From an uncultured Spirochaetota bacterium (GTDB lineage Bacteria; Spirochaetota; Brevinematia; Brevinematales; JAOACQ01), in the NCBI GenBank assembly GCA_963783575.1, contig CAWAOD010000006.1, positions 95,758 to 159,757 of the forward strand: a stretch of 64,000 nt of DNA, given 5' to 3'. Of the stretch, positions 30,006 through 40,016 are shown one piece after another. The translations under genes and the position numbers were made by a program. The notes beneath the pieces were generated by a model that was not told the origin of the DNA, did no database searches, and saw only the letters and a list, made by a program, of their open reading frames with translations. The first letter of the stretch is position 1. Every line of letters begins with the position of its first letter.

Positions 30006-33000
30006 GTGAAGTTCGCAGAATATCTATCACGTGGCGACATCTCTTTGGCAATGGCTTCACGCATTGGTGTGGACATAGGTTCTCTCTTCTTGAAAGTAGC
30101 TTACCTCGATGCTAATAGTGCTTTGATCGGCGCGCAATACAAGCCCCACGGCGGTGAGCCTGAAGCGTACTTACAGCGAATCATTGCGCATTATCCGACC
30201 CGGTCTATCTCAATCACTGGATCAAGCCTTGATTTTAACATTGCCCGGGTTTTCCCACAACATGATCTCGTTAATGCAACCATTCAAGGGGTATTGCATT
30301 TGCGTCCAGATGTTCGTAATATCATCGACCTTGGGGCAAGCTCAGCGACCTTAATCGAGCTCGATAGCCGTGGTCGTTTCCGCTCGCTCAGCCAGAATAC
30401 TTTGTGTGCCGCCGGTACCGGTTCCTTCATCGACGAGGAGTTGGCACGGTTAGGAATATCGTACGCCGATCTTGCAGCGTTGCCCGTTGTAAACAAACCA
30501 CCAGTTATAGCTAGCCGTTGTGCTGTGTTTGCTAAGACGGATATGATACACCGTCAGCAGGAAGGGCACAGTAAGAACGAGGTTCTAGAAGGCCTATGCC
30601 GAAGCATGCTGCGAACTTGTCTCGACGTCCTGCTCAAGAGCAAAACACTATATGGTCCGACAGCCTTGGTTGGTGGCATTGTGGAGAATCCGAAGATTGT
30701 CCGCTGGCTAAACCATGACTATCCAGTTGGAATAGTAGCCATAGCGCTCGGTCCTATTGTGAGTGCCCTGGGTGCCGGACTGATAATGGGAGAGTCGGCA
30801 AAAGCCACTGTATTTTCGGTAAATACAAAGAGCGTACTACCACAAAGGCCATTGCTCAAAATGACTCGCACTCACTATCCCTCTTGGGAGACATATGCCA
30901 GTCATCTTGAAGAAGGCACCGAGGTACGTGAACTTGTGAAACTTGTACCGGGCCGGCTTCAAGCCTATGTCGGACTTGATATAGGCTCAACGAGTACCAA
31001 AGCTGTGGTTATGGACTGTGAAGGTCGGTTGCTACTCGATCTCTATCGTAAGACTCAGGGCGATCCGGTGAGCGCCACAAGGAAACTATTTGAGATTCTT
31101 GAACGAATAATTCTTGCCCACGGGCTTATGTTTGAAGTTCTTGGTATTGGTACAACTGGATCGGGACGCAAGCTAATTGGGGAGCTAATTGGCGCCGATC
31201 TCGTGGTCAATGAAGTGTCGGCACATGCCTTGGGTGCAGCGTGGCACTCTCCGGACATCACCACTGTCTTTGAGATTGGTGGTCAAGACGCTAAGTACCT
31301 ACGGTTATGGAATGGGCATGTCATCGATTCGAATATGAATTACGTTTGTGCTGCTGGCACAGGTTCATTTGTTGAGGAGCAGGCACGTAAACTTAGCTAT
31401 AAAATTGAAGACATTGGTGATGCCGTGCTCGGTATTTCACCACCTATCACTTCTGATCGATGTACCATCTTCATGGAGCAGGATATCCGCAAACTCTTGC
31501 GGCAAGGAGCAACTCGTGCGGAGGTACTAGCCGCAACGATCTACTCAGTAATCCAGAACTATCTCGCCAAGGTTGTCGGCAATCGGCCGGTTGACGGTGA
31601 ACGCGTAATGTTCGTCGGCGCGACTGCACGTAACAAAGGATTAGTGGCAGCAATAGAGCAATTGCTTGGCGTCGAGGTAGTGGTCCCTTCATACTGTCAT
31701 GTTATGGGTGCGGTTGGTGTGTGCCTCGAACTTGCTGAAGTGAGCCTCAAAACACGTGAACCATCAAAGTTTCGCGGCTTTGCTGCAATGCAAGAAGAAG
31801 TTAACCTTTACGACCAAGACTGCAATTTATGTACAAACTTCTGCCGTATTACCGAGTTGCAGACGCCCAGCCTGCATGAAAAGGTGTCATGGGGTTACAT
31901 GTGCGGGCGTGAGCCATCGGCAGTTCGGCAACGTGAGATTCCAGGACTCGCTCTTATGCGGCAGCGTGATCGACTTTTACAAAGCTACAAACGCCCTATT
32001 AAATCAGGGCGTCCGACCATTGGAATTCCGATGTCGCTCGCCACATACCAGTTCTTACCGTTATGGTCGGCATTCTTTGATCAACTTGGTTACAATCTAG
32101 TGGTCTCTCGCCCCTCCAGTAGCATGACGCGGTTGCGAGGTGACAATCTTGCAGCTCCGGACTTTTGCTTTCCTGCGAAGGTAAGCTTAGGTCATGTGGC
32201 TGACTTACTTGATAACGCACAGGTAGACCACATCTTTTTACCATCGCTCCTCGAGAACCAGCAAAACGACGCCACGAGCCGCAGCTACCTCTGCCCCATG
32301 ATAATCAACATGCCATATTACTCAAAGGCGGCGCTTGTCGACCACACAAACATCAAACATATTCTCTTTGCTCCCTTTAATTTTAACTGGCCCGAAACGA
32401 GACAACTCAATTTCCTCGAGCAACACCTCGGTGGTAATCTTAATGTCTCACGTAGGCAACTCCAAGCTGCATTCCATGAAGGCATAGCCGCACAACAACA
32501 GTTTACAGCAAACTGCCAAGAGATCGGTCAAAACTTTCTGATGACTCTTGACACTACATCGCGTGCTCTTGTCGTCTTAGGGCGACCGTACCTGCTATAC
32601 GACTATGAGATAAACCTGCATCTTCCCCAGACCATCGCGTCATACGGACACACAATTTTACCGGTCGATCTCATGCCATTCAACGATATAACACGAGAGG
32701 AACTGCGCGAGAATTTTAACAACATGTACTGGCACAATGGTCAAATGATCCTCAATGCTGTTGAGTTCGTACGCGAACACCCGCAGCTAAACGCCATCTT
32801 TCTAACGAGCTTCAATTGTGGCCCGGACTCTTTCCTTGTTTCTTACGCTGAGAACGCTATGGGACACAAGCCAATGATCACCCTCGAGCTCGATATACAT
32901 TCCTCGGCAGGGGGCTACATCACCCGTCTAGAAGCTTTCTTCGACAACATCGCAAAAAATCCTATCCGTAAGGTGTCAAAGTACCATGCTGGTATAGAGA

Positions 33001-34200
33001 TTATTTCGCTTAATAACTTGAGCGATGAAGAAGAAATTGTTGCACAGAATAATCCAGATCCACTACCATCTGTTTACGTAAGTGCCCTGCGCCACGCAGG
33101 CTACCGCGCACATGTTCTTCCGCCGGCTTCAGCCGATACTTACGCCCTTGGTATGAGATACATGAAGGGTACTGAATGCTGCCCGGCAATTGCCAGCGCC
33201 GGTGCAATCCTCGACGAGGCGCTTAAAGCCGATAATCAGCCCTTCAACGTTTTTTTTGCCCGCACCTGTGGTCCCTGCCGTCTCGGCCAATATATCTACA
33301 AGTTCAATACTATACTAAAAGAACACCGCCAGGGTGTGAGCCGTTTTGTTACATTTAAACTCAACATCGATCAACAGGATAGCTTTGGAGTAGATCTCAA
33401 GCTCTCGGTATTCCGCGGGCTCGCCGCTCTCGATGTGCTGGGCAAACTAGTGCAACGCACACGGCCCTATGAGCGTATAGCAGGCAACACCGACCGGGTG
33501 TATGAGGTATATCGCTCTGAGATCCTCACAGCTGTCGAGATTGGTGACCCCGTGGACGTCATTATTGCCCGTGCCGCAGCCGAGTTTACCACGATCCCTG
33601 TGAATCGCCGGAAACGGCCTATTGTCGGCATTGTTGGCGAGTTTTTTGTTCGGGCCGACAGCTTCATTAACCAAGACTTGGTACGCTGCATTGAGGCGAA
33701 CGGCGGTGAGGCATGGCTCGTCGACACGACAGAATGGCAAATTTGGGGTACCTCACGCTCGTTACCCGAGTATGGCGAATATGGTGAAGGAGTAACGGAT
33801 ACTGATGGTGCAATTCCTCCCGCCAAGGTGCTTGCAGAGCTCGAGGCAGAGCAGGATAGGCTCATAACTCTTTGTGGTGATCTCTTATGTGACCGTCACG
33901 AACCGAACATGCGCGATGTTTATTCGGCGGCCGAGAAGTACGTAGATATAACATGTTCCTGATGAAATCTTACCGGTTGTTGGCCGCGGCATCCTCTTCG
34001 CTTTGCGTGACCATGTATCGTTAGTTATCAATACAAAACCCTTTTCATGCTTGCCTGGCAATATGGCGGGTGCAATCCTTAACCGCTTATGTAGTGAGCT
34101 AGATTTCGCGTTTCTCGATATCGCCTATGAAGGCAGCGGTGATCCCAACGCCCCGGTGCGTACCCTGCTTGCTAATCTCCGCACTATGGATCCGGAATAA
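30006..34200 (+). CDS. Multidomain acyl-CoA dehydratase activase/reductase (two BadF/BadG/BcrA/BcrD ATPase domains, DUF2229-like and HgdD-like regions), PlsAR/Ger-like; frameshift near 33950
   Basis: Two G(V/L)DIGS...CAAGTGSF...RC(A/T)(V/I)F modules, CNLCTNFC, CFPAK, FNCGPDS, CGPCRLGQY; C-terminal PFSCLPG lies in ORF 34003..34200; AGGAGG RBS before GTG at 30006. Confidence 0.85.
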
Positions 34201-34327
34201 ATAATATTACCCGAACTTATTGACTTTTCGTGCCGGCACTTACAATTTTAATAGTCATATATTATCAATGGATAAACCGCCTTATCATCAAAACCAAACA
34301 AGGTAAAACTCAAAATCCCAACACAAT

Positions 34328-36160
34328 TTATTTTGCCCCTGCCGCGATGAGAACATTCACAATGTCAGCATGAGCATTATTTGCTGCATACATCAATGCC
34401 GTCCTGCCATCTTTATCTGCTTTATTAACATCGGACTTTGCTTTGATCAATATATTGATTATTTCCGAATAGCCTTTGTCGGCCGCATACATTAAAGCCG
34501 TCATGTTGTCTTTATCTGCTTTATTGACGTCAGACTTTGCTGAGATTAATTCTTCAACTGCTCCCGATTGTTCACTTATTGCAGCCAGTATTAAGGCGGT
34601 TAAGCCATTATTATCAGTCATATCGATGCTTTCTCCTGCTTTTATCAAAGCTTCAACTGTATCCGGCTGGCCTTTGCCGGCCGCGTACATCAAAGCCGTC
34701 ATACCATCTTTATCAGACTTGTTAACTTCGGTCTTAGCCTTAATCAAGGCTTCAATGGCAGCGGTTTGTCCTTTATCGGCTGCGAACATTAAGGCCGTCA
34801 TACCGTTTTTATCAGACTTGTTAACTTCGGCCTTAGCCTTAATCAAGGCTTCAACTGTACCGGTTTGTCCTTTACCGGCTGCGAACATTAAGGCCGTCAT
34901 GCCGTTTTTATCAGACTTGTTAACTTCGGCCTTAGACTTGATCAAAGTTTCAACTGTACCCGTTTGCCCTTTATTAGCAGCTAAAACTAAAGCCGTCAGG
35001 CTATTATTATTTACTGTGTCGACACTGGCTCCGGCGATGATTAAAACATTAACCGCATCTGAATAACCGTTGCCGGCCGCGTACATTAAAGCCGTTATAC
35101 CGTCCTTATCCGCCTTGCTGACATCGGCTCCGGCTGCGATTAGCACATTAACCGCATCTGAATAACCGTTGCCGGCCGCGTACATTAAAGCCGTCATACC
35201 GTCCTTATCCGCTTTGCTGACATCGGCTCCGGCCGTGATCAATGAATTAACCGTATCTAAATAGCCTTTATCTGCCGCATACATCAAAGCCGTCATACCA
35301 TCTTTATCTGCATCATTGAAATCAGCCTTTGCCTTAATCAATGCTTCAACCGAGCCCGTTTGAACATTGTCGGCCGCCAATATTAATGCCGTCATTCCAT
35401 TGTTATTTACAGTATTGACACTTGCCCCGGCTTTTATCAATGCTTCAACCGCACTAGGCTGGCCATTGTCGGCCGCGTACATCAAAGCCGTCATACCATA
35501 TTTATCTGCCAAATTTACTTCAGCCTTCGCTTTTATCAATGCTTCGACCGTATTAGTTTGGCCATTGTCGGCCGCATACATCAAAGCTGTCATACCGTCT
35601 TTATTCGCCTTGTTGACATCAGACTTTGCCGCTATCAATGCTTCGACCATACCGGATTGTACATTATCGGCCGCATACATCAAAGCCGTATAACCTAAAA
35701 AGTCCGTTTTGTTTATATCAGGCTTTGCCGCAATAATATCTTTCACTATGTCGATTCGGCCATTTTTAACCGCCAGCATCAGAACCGTCATACCGTCTTT
35801 ATTCGCCTTGTTGGCATCAGACTTTGCCTTGATCAATGTTTCAACCGCAGCGTTTTTTTCACTTGTAACCGCTAACATCAATGCTGTCCATCCATTATAA
35901 TTTTCCTTTTTCACATCGGCTCCGGCCGAAATTAATACTTTAATTACTTCTGAATTACCATCATTAGCAGCGTACATCAAAGCTGTCCAGCCATATTCAT
36001 CCAAAGTATTGACATTACCCTTTTCAATAAAAATATAATTTGATAAATCTTCAATGTTTCCCTTTAGTACCGCATTATAAATACCTGTTTTAGAGTATAC
36101 CATAGAAAAAGTAAATAGCATTGCGAGCAAGATACTGGTAATTAATCTTACAATTTTCAT
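34328..36160 (-). CDS. Secreted ankyrin-repeat protein (17 repeats)
   Basis: Signal peptide then 33-aa G-x-TALMYAA-x2-G repeats. Confidence 0.93.
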   Translation of the reverse strand: MKIVRLITSILLAMLFTFSMVYSKTGIYNAVLKGNIEDLSNYIFIEKGNVNTLDEYGWTALMYAANDGNSEVIKVLISAGADVKKENYNGWTALMLAVTSEKNAAVETLIKAKSDANKANKDGMTVLMLAVKNGRIDIVKDIIAAKPDINKTDFLGYTALMYAADNVQSGMVEALIAAKSDVNKANKDGMTALMYAADNGQTNTVEALIKAKAEVNLADKYGMTALMYAADNGQPSAVEALIKAGASVNTVNNNGMTALILAADNVQTGSVEALIKAKADFNDADKDGMTALMYAADKGYLDTVNSLITAGADVSKADKDGMTALMYAAGNGYSDAVNVLIAAGADVSKADKDGITALMYAAGNGYSDAVNVLIIAGASVDTVNNNSLTALVLAANKGQTGTVETLIKSKAEVNKSDKNGMTALMFAAGKGQTGTVEALIKAKAEVNKSDKNGMTALMFAADKGQTAAIEALIKAKTEVNKSDKDGMTALMYAAGKGQPDTVEALIKAGESIDMTDNNGLTALILAAISEQSGAVEELISAKSDVNKADKDNMTALMYAADKGYSEIINILIKAKSDVNKADKDGRTALMYAANNAHADIVNVLIAAGAK

Positions 36161-36212
36161 ACCGTTCTCCTTAGATTAATGGATCAGTATAAACAAAACA
36201 CTGAAAATTATT

Positions 36213-37787
36213 TTATTCCCTTGTAACTTCCATTTCACCAATAATGAGCCTGAAATTGCCTGTACTGGAAGGCCTTTCAGATGAATTCATTTCAAAATCC
36301 AGACTGAATAGGGGATAATCTTTTTTTCGGAATTTAAATGAATTCAGGCGAATTGATATTTGTTTCCAGCCTTTCCAGTCATCTGTCAGCCAGTATCGGT
36401 ATTGTTCCTTACGTTTGGCAACAAGCTGAACAAAATAGGATTTATGAGTCTGAGTGCCATAAATCCATATTTTGATTGTATTCATATCGGACCAATCCAT
36501 TTTATCATAGCCGAAATTTAAACTGACCCTTGAATATCCTCCTTTATTTGCTGTATTAATAGGAACATTGAAATCAGCGAAAACGGATTTCTTTCCATCC
36601 GTTACAAAATTTGTATATGCGGTCATTTCTATACTGCTGTTGGTACTATGATAATAATAATAATAATATGAATTTGTGGAATAATCGATCAAAATTAATT
36701 TCTTTTTAGGAAGTACAAGATTCTTGAATTCTCTATCCGATAAATGGAAAGAATCGGTATATCCGCTCTTATTTCTGTCAATTACTTTGATAATATGTTC
36801 CCTTTCGGCAGGAAGGTTTGAAAGGGCTTCATTTAAAGGTATTTCTTTATCGTCAAGGAAAATCTTAAAATTTTCACCCGGGGCTTTATTATTGATAGAA
36901 CACCGGATATTCCCAAGAGCTGAATGGGTTATATTTGTTGTTTCTCCCGGCTTCAATATTAAAGGAGTATCAAAAACGATGGTGTTATCGGATAGGTTTT
37001 TTAATCTTACTGAATAAATCGCATTCGGCAATATTTTCAGATTCAGTGAAAAATTATCATTTGTTATTTTTGCCGCAAGCTTATTATTAATCTCAAGTGA
37101 ATAAGATCCATTCCCTATTTTGAAATTTCCGATATTAAGATATGCGATTTTTACTTCTTCATTTAGAGTTAACTTGATAATCTGAGAGAGCATAGCATCG
37201 ATTGTGTCGAAAATGTCGGCATCTATGGAAGTTTTATATTCATGTGTGTTCATTTTACCGGATGCTTTATTCCATATATTGAGGTTTATTTGTGCCGTCG
37301 GATCGGTTTTACTGCCAGTAAGAATGTAATTTCCGAAAATAATTATATCAGCTTGATAGTTGCTGTAAATCTCCTGCCGGCTTATTCCATCCCGGCTTAA
37401 GAATTCGGAATTCATCCCTGCCATTTCGGTTTTTTCAGGCACTTCGAAGGATGGCACAATGTAAAGGAAAGCGTATAATTCACTCAGCATGATTGTATTT
37501 ACGATTTTAGCGTTAGGATACTTTGTTTGATTTGCTTTATTCTCAAACGGCAGTATCAGTAATTTCATTTTATTCGAAATTTCAACCGTTTCTTCTGTGG
37601 TAAAAACTTTGTTTGTCTCTATATTAACATATTCTTCCGATATGGGATTTTCTTCATTAGTTTCAATGTTTATATATTCTTCCGATATGAGATTTTCCTC
37701 TTTTACTACAGATTTCTGTCTGCAAGACGTTATTGATAATAAATAAATTATACATATGATTATTTCAACATATATTATTGTTTTCAT
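36213..37787 (-). CDS. Lipoprotein with TolB_N/CsgG-like region and C-terminal CBM11-like module
   Basis: Lipobox SITSC; LLILPFEN; DWSDMNTIKIWIYGT...WKGWKQISI; 45-bp internal duplication at 37610-37700. Confidence 0.55.
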   Translation of the reverse strand: MKTIIYVEIIICIIYLLSITSCRQKSVVKEENLISEEYINIETNEENPISEEYVNIETNKVFTTEETVEISNKMKLLILPFENKANQTKYPNAKIVNTIMLSELYAFLYIVPSFEVPEKTEMAGMNSEFLSRDGISRQEIYSNYQADIIIFGNYILTGSKTDPTAQINLNIWNKASGKMNTHEYKTSIDADIFDTIDAMLSQIIKLTLNEEVKIAYLNIGNFKIGNGSYSLEINNKLAAKITNDNFSLNLKILPNAIYSVRLKNLSDNTIVFDTPLILKPGETTNITHSALGNIRCSINNKAPGENFKIFLDDKEIPLNEALSNLPAEREHIIKVIDRNKSGYTDSFHLSDREFKNLVLPKKKLILIDYSTNSYYYYYYHSTNSSIEMTAYTNFVTDGKKSVFADFNVPINTANKGGYSRVSLNFGYDKMDWSDMNTIKIWIYGTQTHKSYFVQLVAKRKEQYRYWLTDDWKGWKQISIRLNSFKFRKKDYPLFSLDFEMNSSERPSSTGNFRLIIGEMEVTRE

Positions 37788-37869
37788 TATCTTCTCCTGT
37801 AAATTTAGATATTATCACTAAATTCATTTTATACCAAATACTGCTATCCTGTCAAATTTAACAAGCGTG

Positions 37870-37982
37870 AACTGTCTGCCGTCTACCTGCCGGAGATCCC
37901 GGCGTAGGCAGGCCAGGCAGGCTGCTTGACCGGGTTCTCGCAGCTATGTGGAGTTTATCCCGAGTTCAGCCGAGGGAATTCC
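37870..37982. repeat. GC-rich palindromic REP-like cluster
   Basis: cctgccggagatcccggcgtaggcagg; ggagtttatcccgag shared with ~27605 (ggaatttatcccgag). Confidence 0.5.
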
Positions 37983-38136
37983 AATAGAAGATGCTTTCAG
38001 TTTTTCTGATTTTAATACTTGAGACTCTGCCTCGAGGATTTAATCCTGAATTGAAAGGTAATAGGCGATAATTAAAGGGTTTCAAAAGAAACAGGATTTG
38101 ATTACAGTTTTGAACATGGCTGATAGTTAATCCCAT

Positions 38137-38170
38137 AAAAAACCCCTCACGGTAATTAACCTTGAGGGGT
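38137..38170 (-). terminator. Intrinsic terminator of tRNA-Val
   Basis: acccctca...tgaggggt stem followed by a T-run on the minus strand. Confidence 0.7.
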
Positions 38171-38191
38171 AGCTGCAAATAGTCATTAGAT

Positions 38192-38266
38192 TGGGCGTTA
38201 TAGGAGTCGAACCTATGACCCTCTGCTTGTAAGGCAGATGCTCTAAACCAACTGAGCTAAACGCCC
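38192..38266 (-). tRNA. tRNA-Val(TAC), CCA not encoded
   Basis: GGGCGTTTAGCTCAGTTGG...TCTGC-CTTACAA-GCAGA...GTTCGAC...AACGCCCA cloverleaf. Confidence 0.97.
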
Positions 38267-38283
38267 ATTTATTAATGGGAATA

Positions 38284-38312
38284 ATTTTATAATGTTTCCA
38301 GATAACCGTCAA
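38284..38312 (-). promoter_or_regulatory. Sigma70 promoter of tRNA-Val
   Basis: TTGACG-N17-TAAAAT. Confidence 0.7.
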
Positions 38313-38565
38313 CTTTTTATCAAAATTAATGTTATAGTAAAAAAAATCTTGTTGAAATTCCAGATTATTCGGATTAATTGATCGAAGATTCAATATAGCC
38401 TTCCAGCTCTTTAGCCAGGGCTTCTGTTAAAAGAGTTAGGGCTATATTTCTTGTAGTTAAATAAGAAATCGGTTAAAATTATTATAAACTCTATTTATAT
38501 TTTTGAATAAAGCATCCTGGGATCGACAAGCGGACACACTTGAAAATCAGGCGGGAGGTTTTATT

Positions 38566-39519
38566 ATGTTTAAATTTGTAAAAACATTCTCAAAATACTT
38601 CTCAAGATGGTTCAATGCCGATTATAATATTGAATCAGAATCCGTAAATGTCAAAACGGGAATTGACTGGGTTGGGGCCACACCTTTTCTACTTTTCCAT
38701 TTAATGTGCTTTGGAATAATCTGGGTCGGCTGGAGTCCTCTTGCAATCTGGTTTACCGTAATCTTTTATATTATAAGGATGTTTGGGATCACAGGTTTTT
38801 ATCACCGGTATTTTGCACACCGCTCTTTTACAGCCAACCGTTTTTTTTCATTCTTGTTCGCTTTTTTAGGGTGCTCGGTCATGCAGCGAGGGCCTTTATG
38901 GTGGGCCGCAATACACAGGCATCATCACAGGTTTGCGGATACGAAAGATGACATTCATTCGCCATTATTTAGAGGATTCTGGTGGAGCCACATCGGCTGG
39001 ATTCTGGCAAGGGAGAACAAAAGAACTAGGATTGAATATTTAAAAGACTGGCTTAAATATCCCGAAATCGTTTTTCTGGATGAATATGCGCTTTCAATTC
39101 CTTTTATAACGGCATTTCTTGTTTATTTCACAGGGGATTTTCTCTACCATTATTTTCCGGTATTGCATACGAACGGTCTTCAACTATTAATCTGGGGGTT
39201 TTTTGTTTCCACTGTTTTATGCAGCCATGCTACTTTTTCGATAAATTCAATAGATCATATGTTCGGAAGCCGTAGGTATAATTTACCGAATACAAGCCGT
39301 AACAATATTCTTATGGCGATTTTAACCCTTGGCGAGGGCTGGCACAATAACCACCATCATTATCCGGTTACGGCTAAGGCTGGTTTTTACTGGTGGGAAA
39401 TCGATATTACTTATTACCTTCTGGTTGCTTTGTCATGGCTGCATATCGTAAAAAATCTCCGGCCGTTACCGAAAGAAATCCGGGATAAAAATCATATTGT
39501 TAATAAGCGTGGCGCTTGA
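38566..39519 (+). CDS. Membrane acyl-CoA (delta-9-type) desaturase
   Basis: His boxes HRYFAH, HRHHH and GEGWHNNHH. Confidence 0.9.
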   Translation: MFKFVKTFSKYFSRWFNADYNIESESVNVKTGIDWVGATPFLLFHLMCFGIIWVGWSPLAIWFTVIFYIIRMFGITGFYHRYFAHRSFTANRFFSFLFAFLGCSVMQRGPLWWAAIHRHHHRFADTKDDIHSPLFRGFWWSHIGWILARENKRTRIEYLKDWLKYPEIVFLDEYALSIPFITAFLVYFTGDFLYHYFPVLHTNGLQLLIWGFFVSTVLCSHATFSINSIDHMFGSRRYNLPNTSRNNILMAILTLGEGWHNNHHHYPVTAKAGFYWWEIDITYYLLVALSWLHIVKNLRPLPKEIRDKNHIVNKRGA

Positions 39520-39610
39520 CTATTTTAAAAGGACAATTACTCTTCTGACGGTAACGAGATACTCTTTATAATGAATCTAAGTCTTTTCAATTGCTAAAGA
39601 AATTGGGTTA

Positions 39611-39904
39611 TTAAATTGCTGAACCTTTAATATTTGTATTTGTAAAATAAACCGGCTCAAAGAGCTGATAACCGATGCCGATAACCGGGATAACTATAGA
39701 TTCAAAAAAAATTATGGAGCAGATAACTGTTCCTGCGCTTACTTCATAAGCGACTTCGGGATTTTTCCCGGTATCCATATTAAATAAACCATAAGGTTCA
39801 ACTCTTTCAACCTTGTTTGTCCGGGGATTTTCCAGGTATCTGTATGAAGCGCAAGATGTTAGGACCATACTGGCTATTATAATTAAAGCTGCCAAAAGTT
39901 TCAT
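39611..39904 (-). CDS. Small lipoprotein
   Basis: Lipobox LTSC; GGAGG RBS. Confidence 0.65.
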   Translation of the reverse strand: MKLLAALIIIASMVLTSCASYRYLENPRTNKVERVEPYGLFNMDTGKNPEVAYEVSAGTVICSIIFFESIVIPVIGIGYQLFEPVYFTNTNIKGSAI

Positions 39905-40016
39905 AATTTGCCTCCATAATTCGAATAATTTTTAAAGAACAATTTGCAATGATAAATTATAATAAATTTTCTTATAAATAGTCAATAGGGGTAGATGTTA
40001 TAATAATTGAAGTATG

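Noticed and set aside
34476..35900. Plus-strand ORFs of up to 196 aa
   Set aside because: Antisense shadows of the ankyrin repeats
21900..38266. tRNA-Val-integrated island with att duplication
   Set aside because: No copy of the tRNA 3' end found by eye near the left boundary and no integrase in the region
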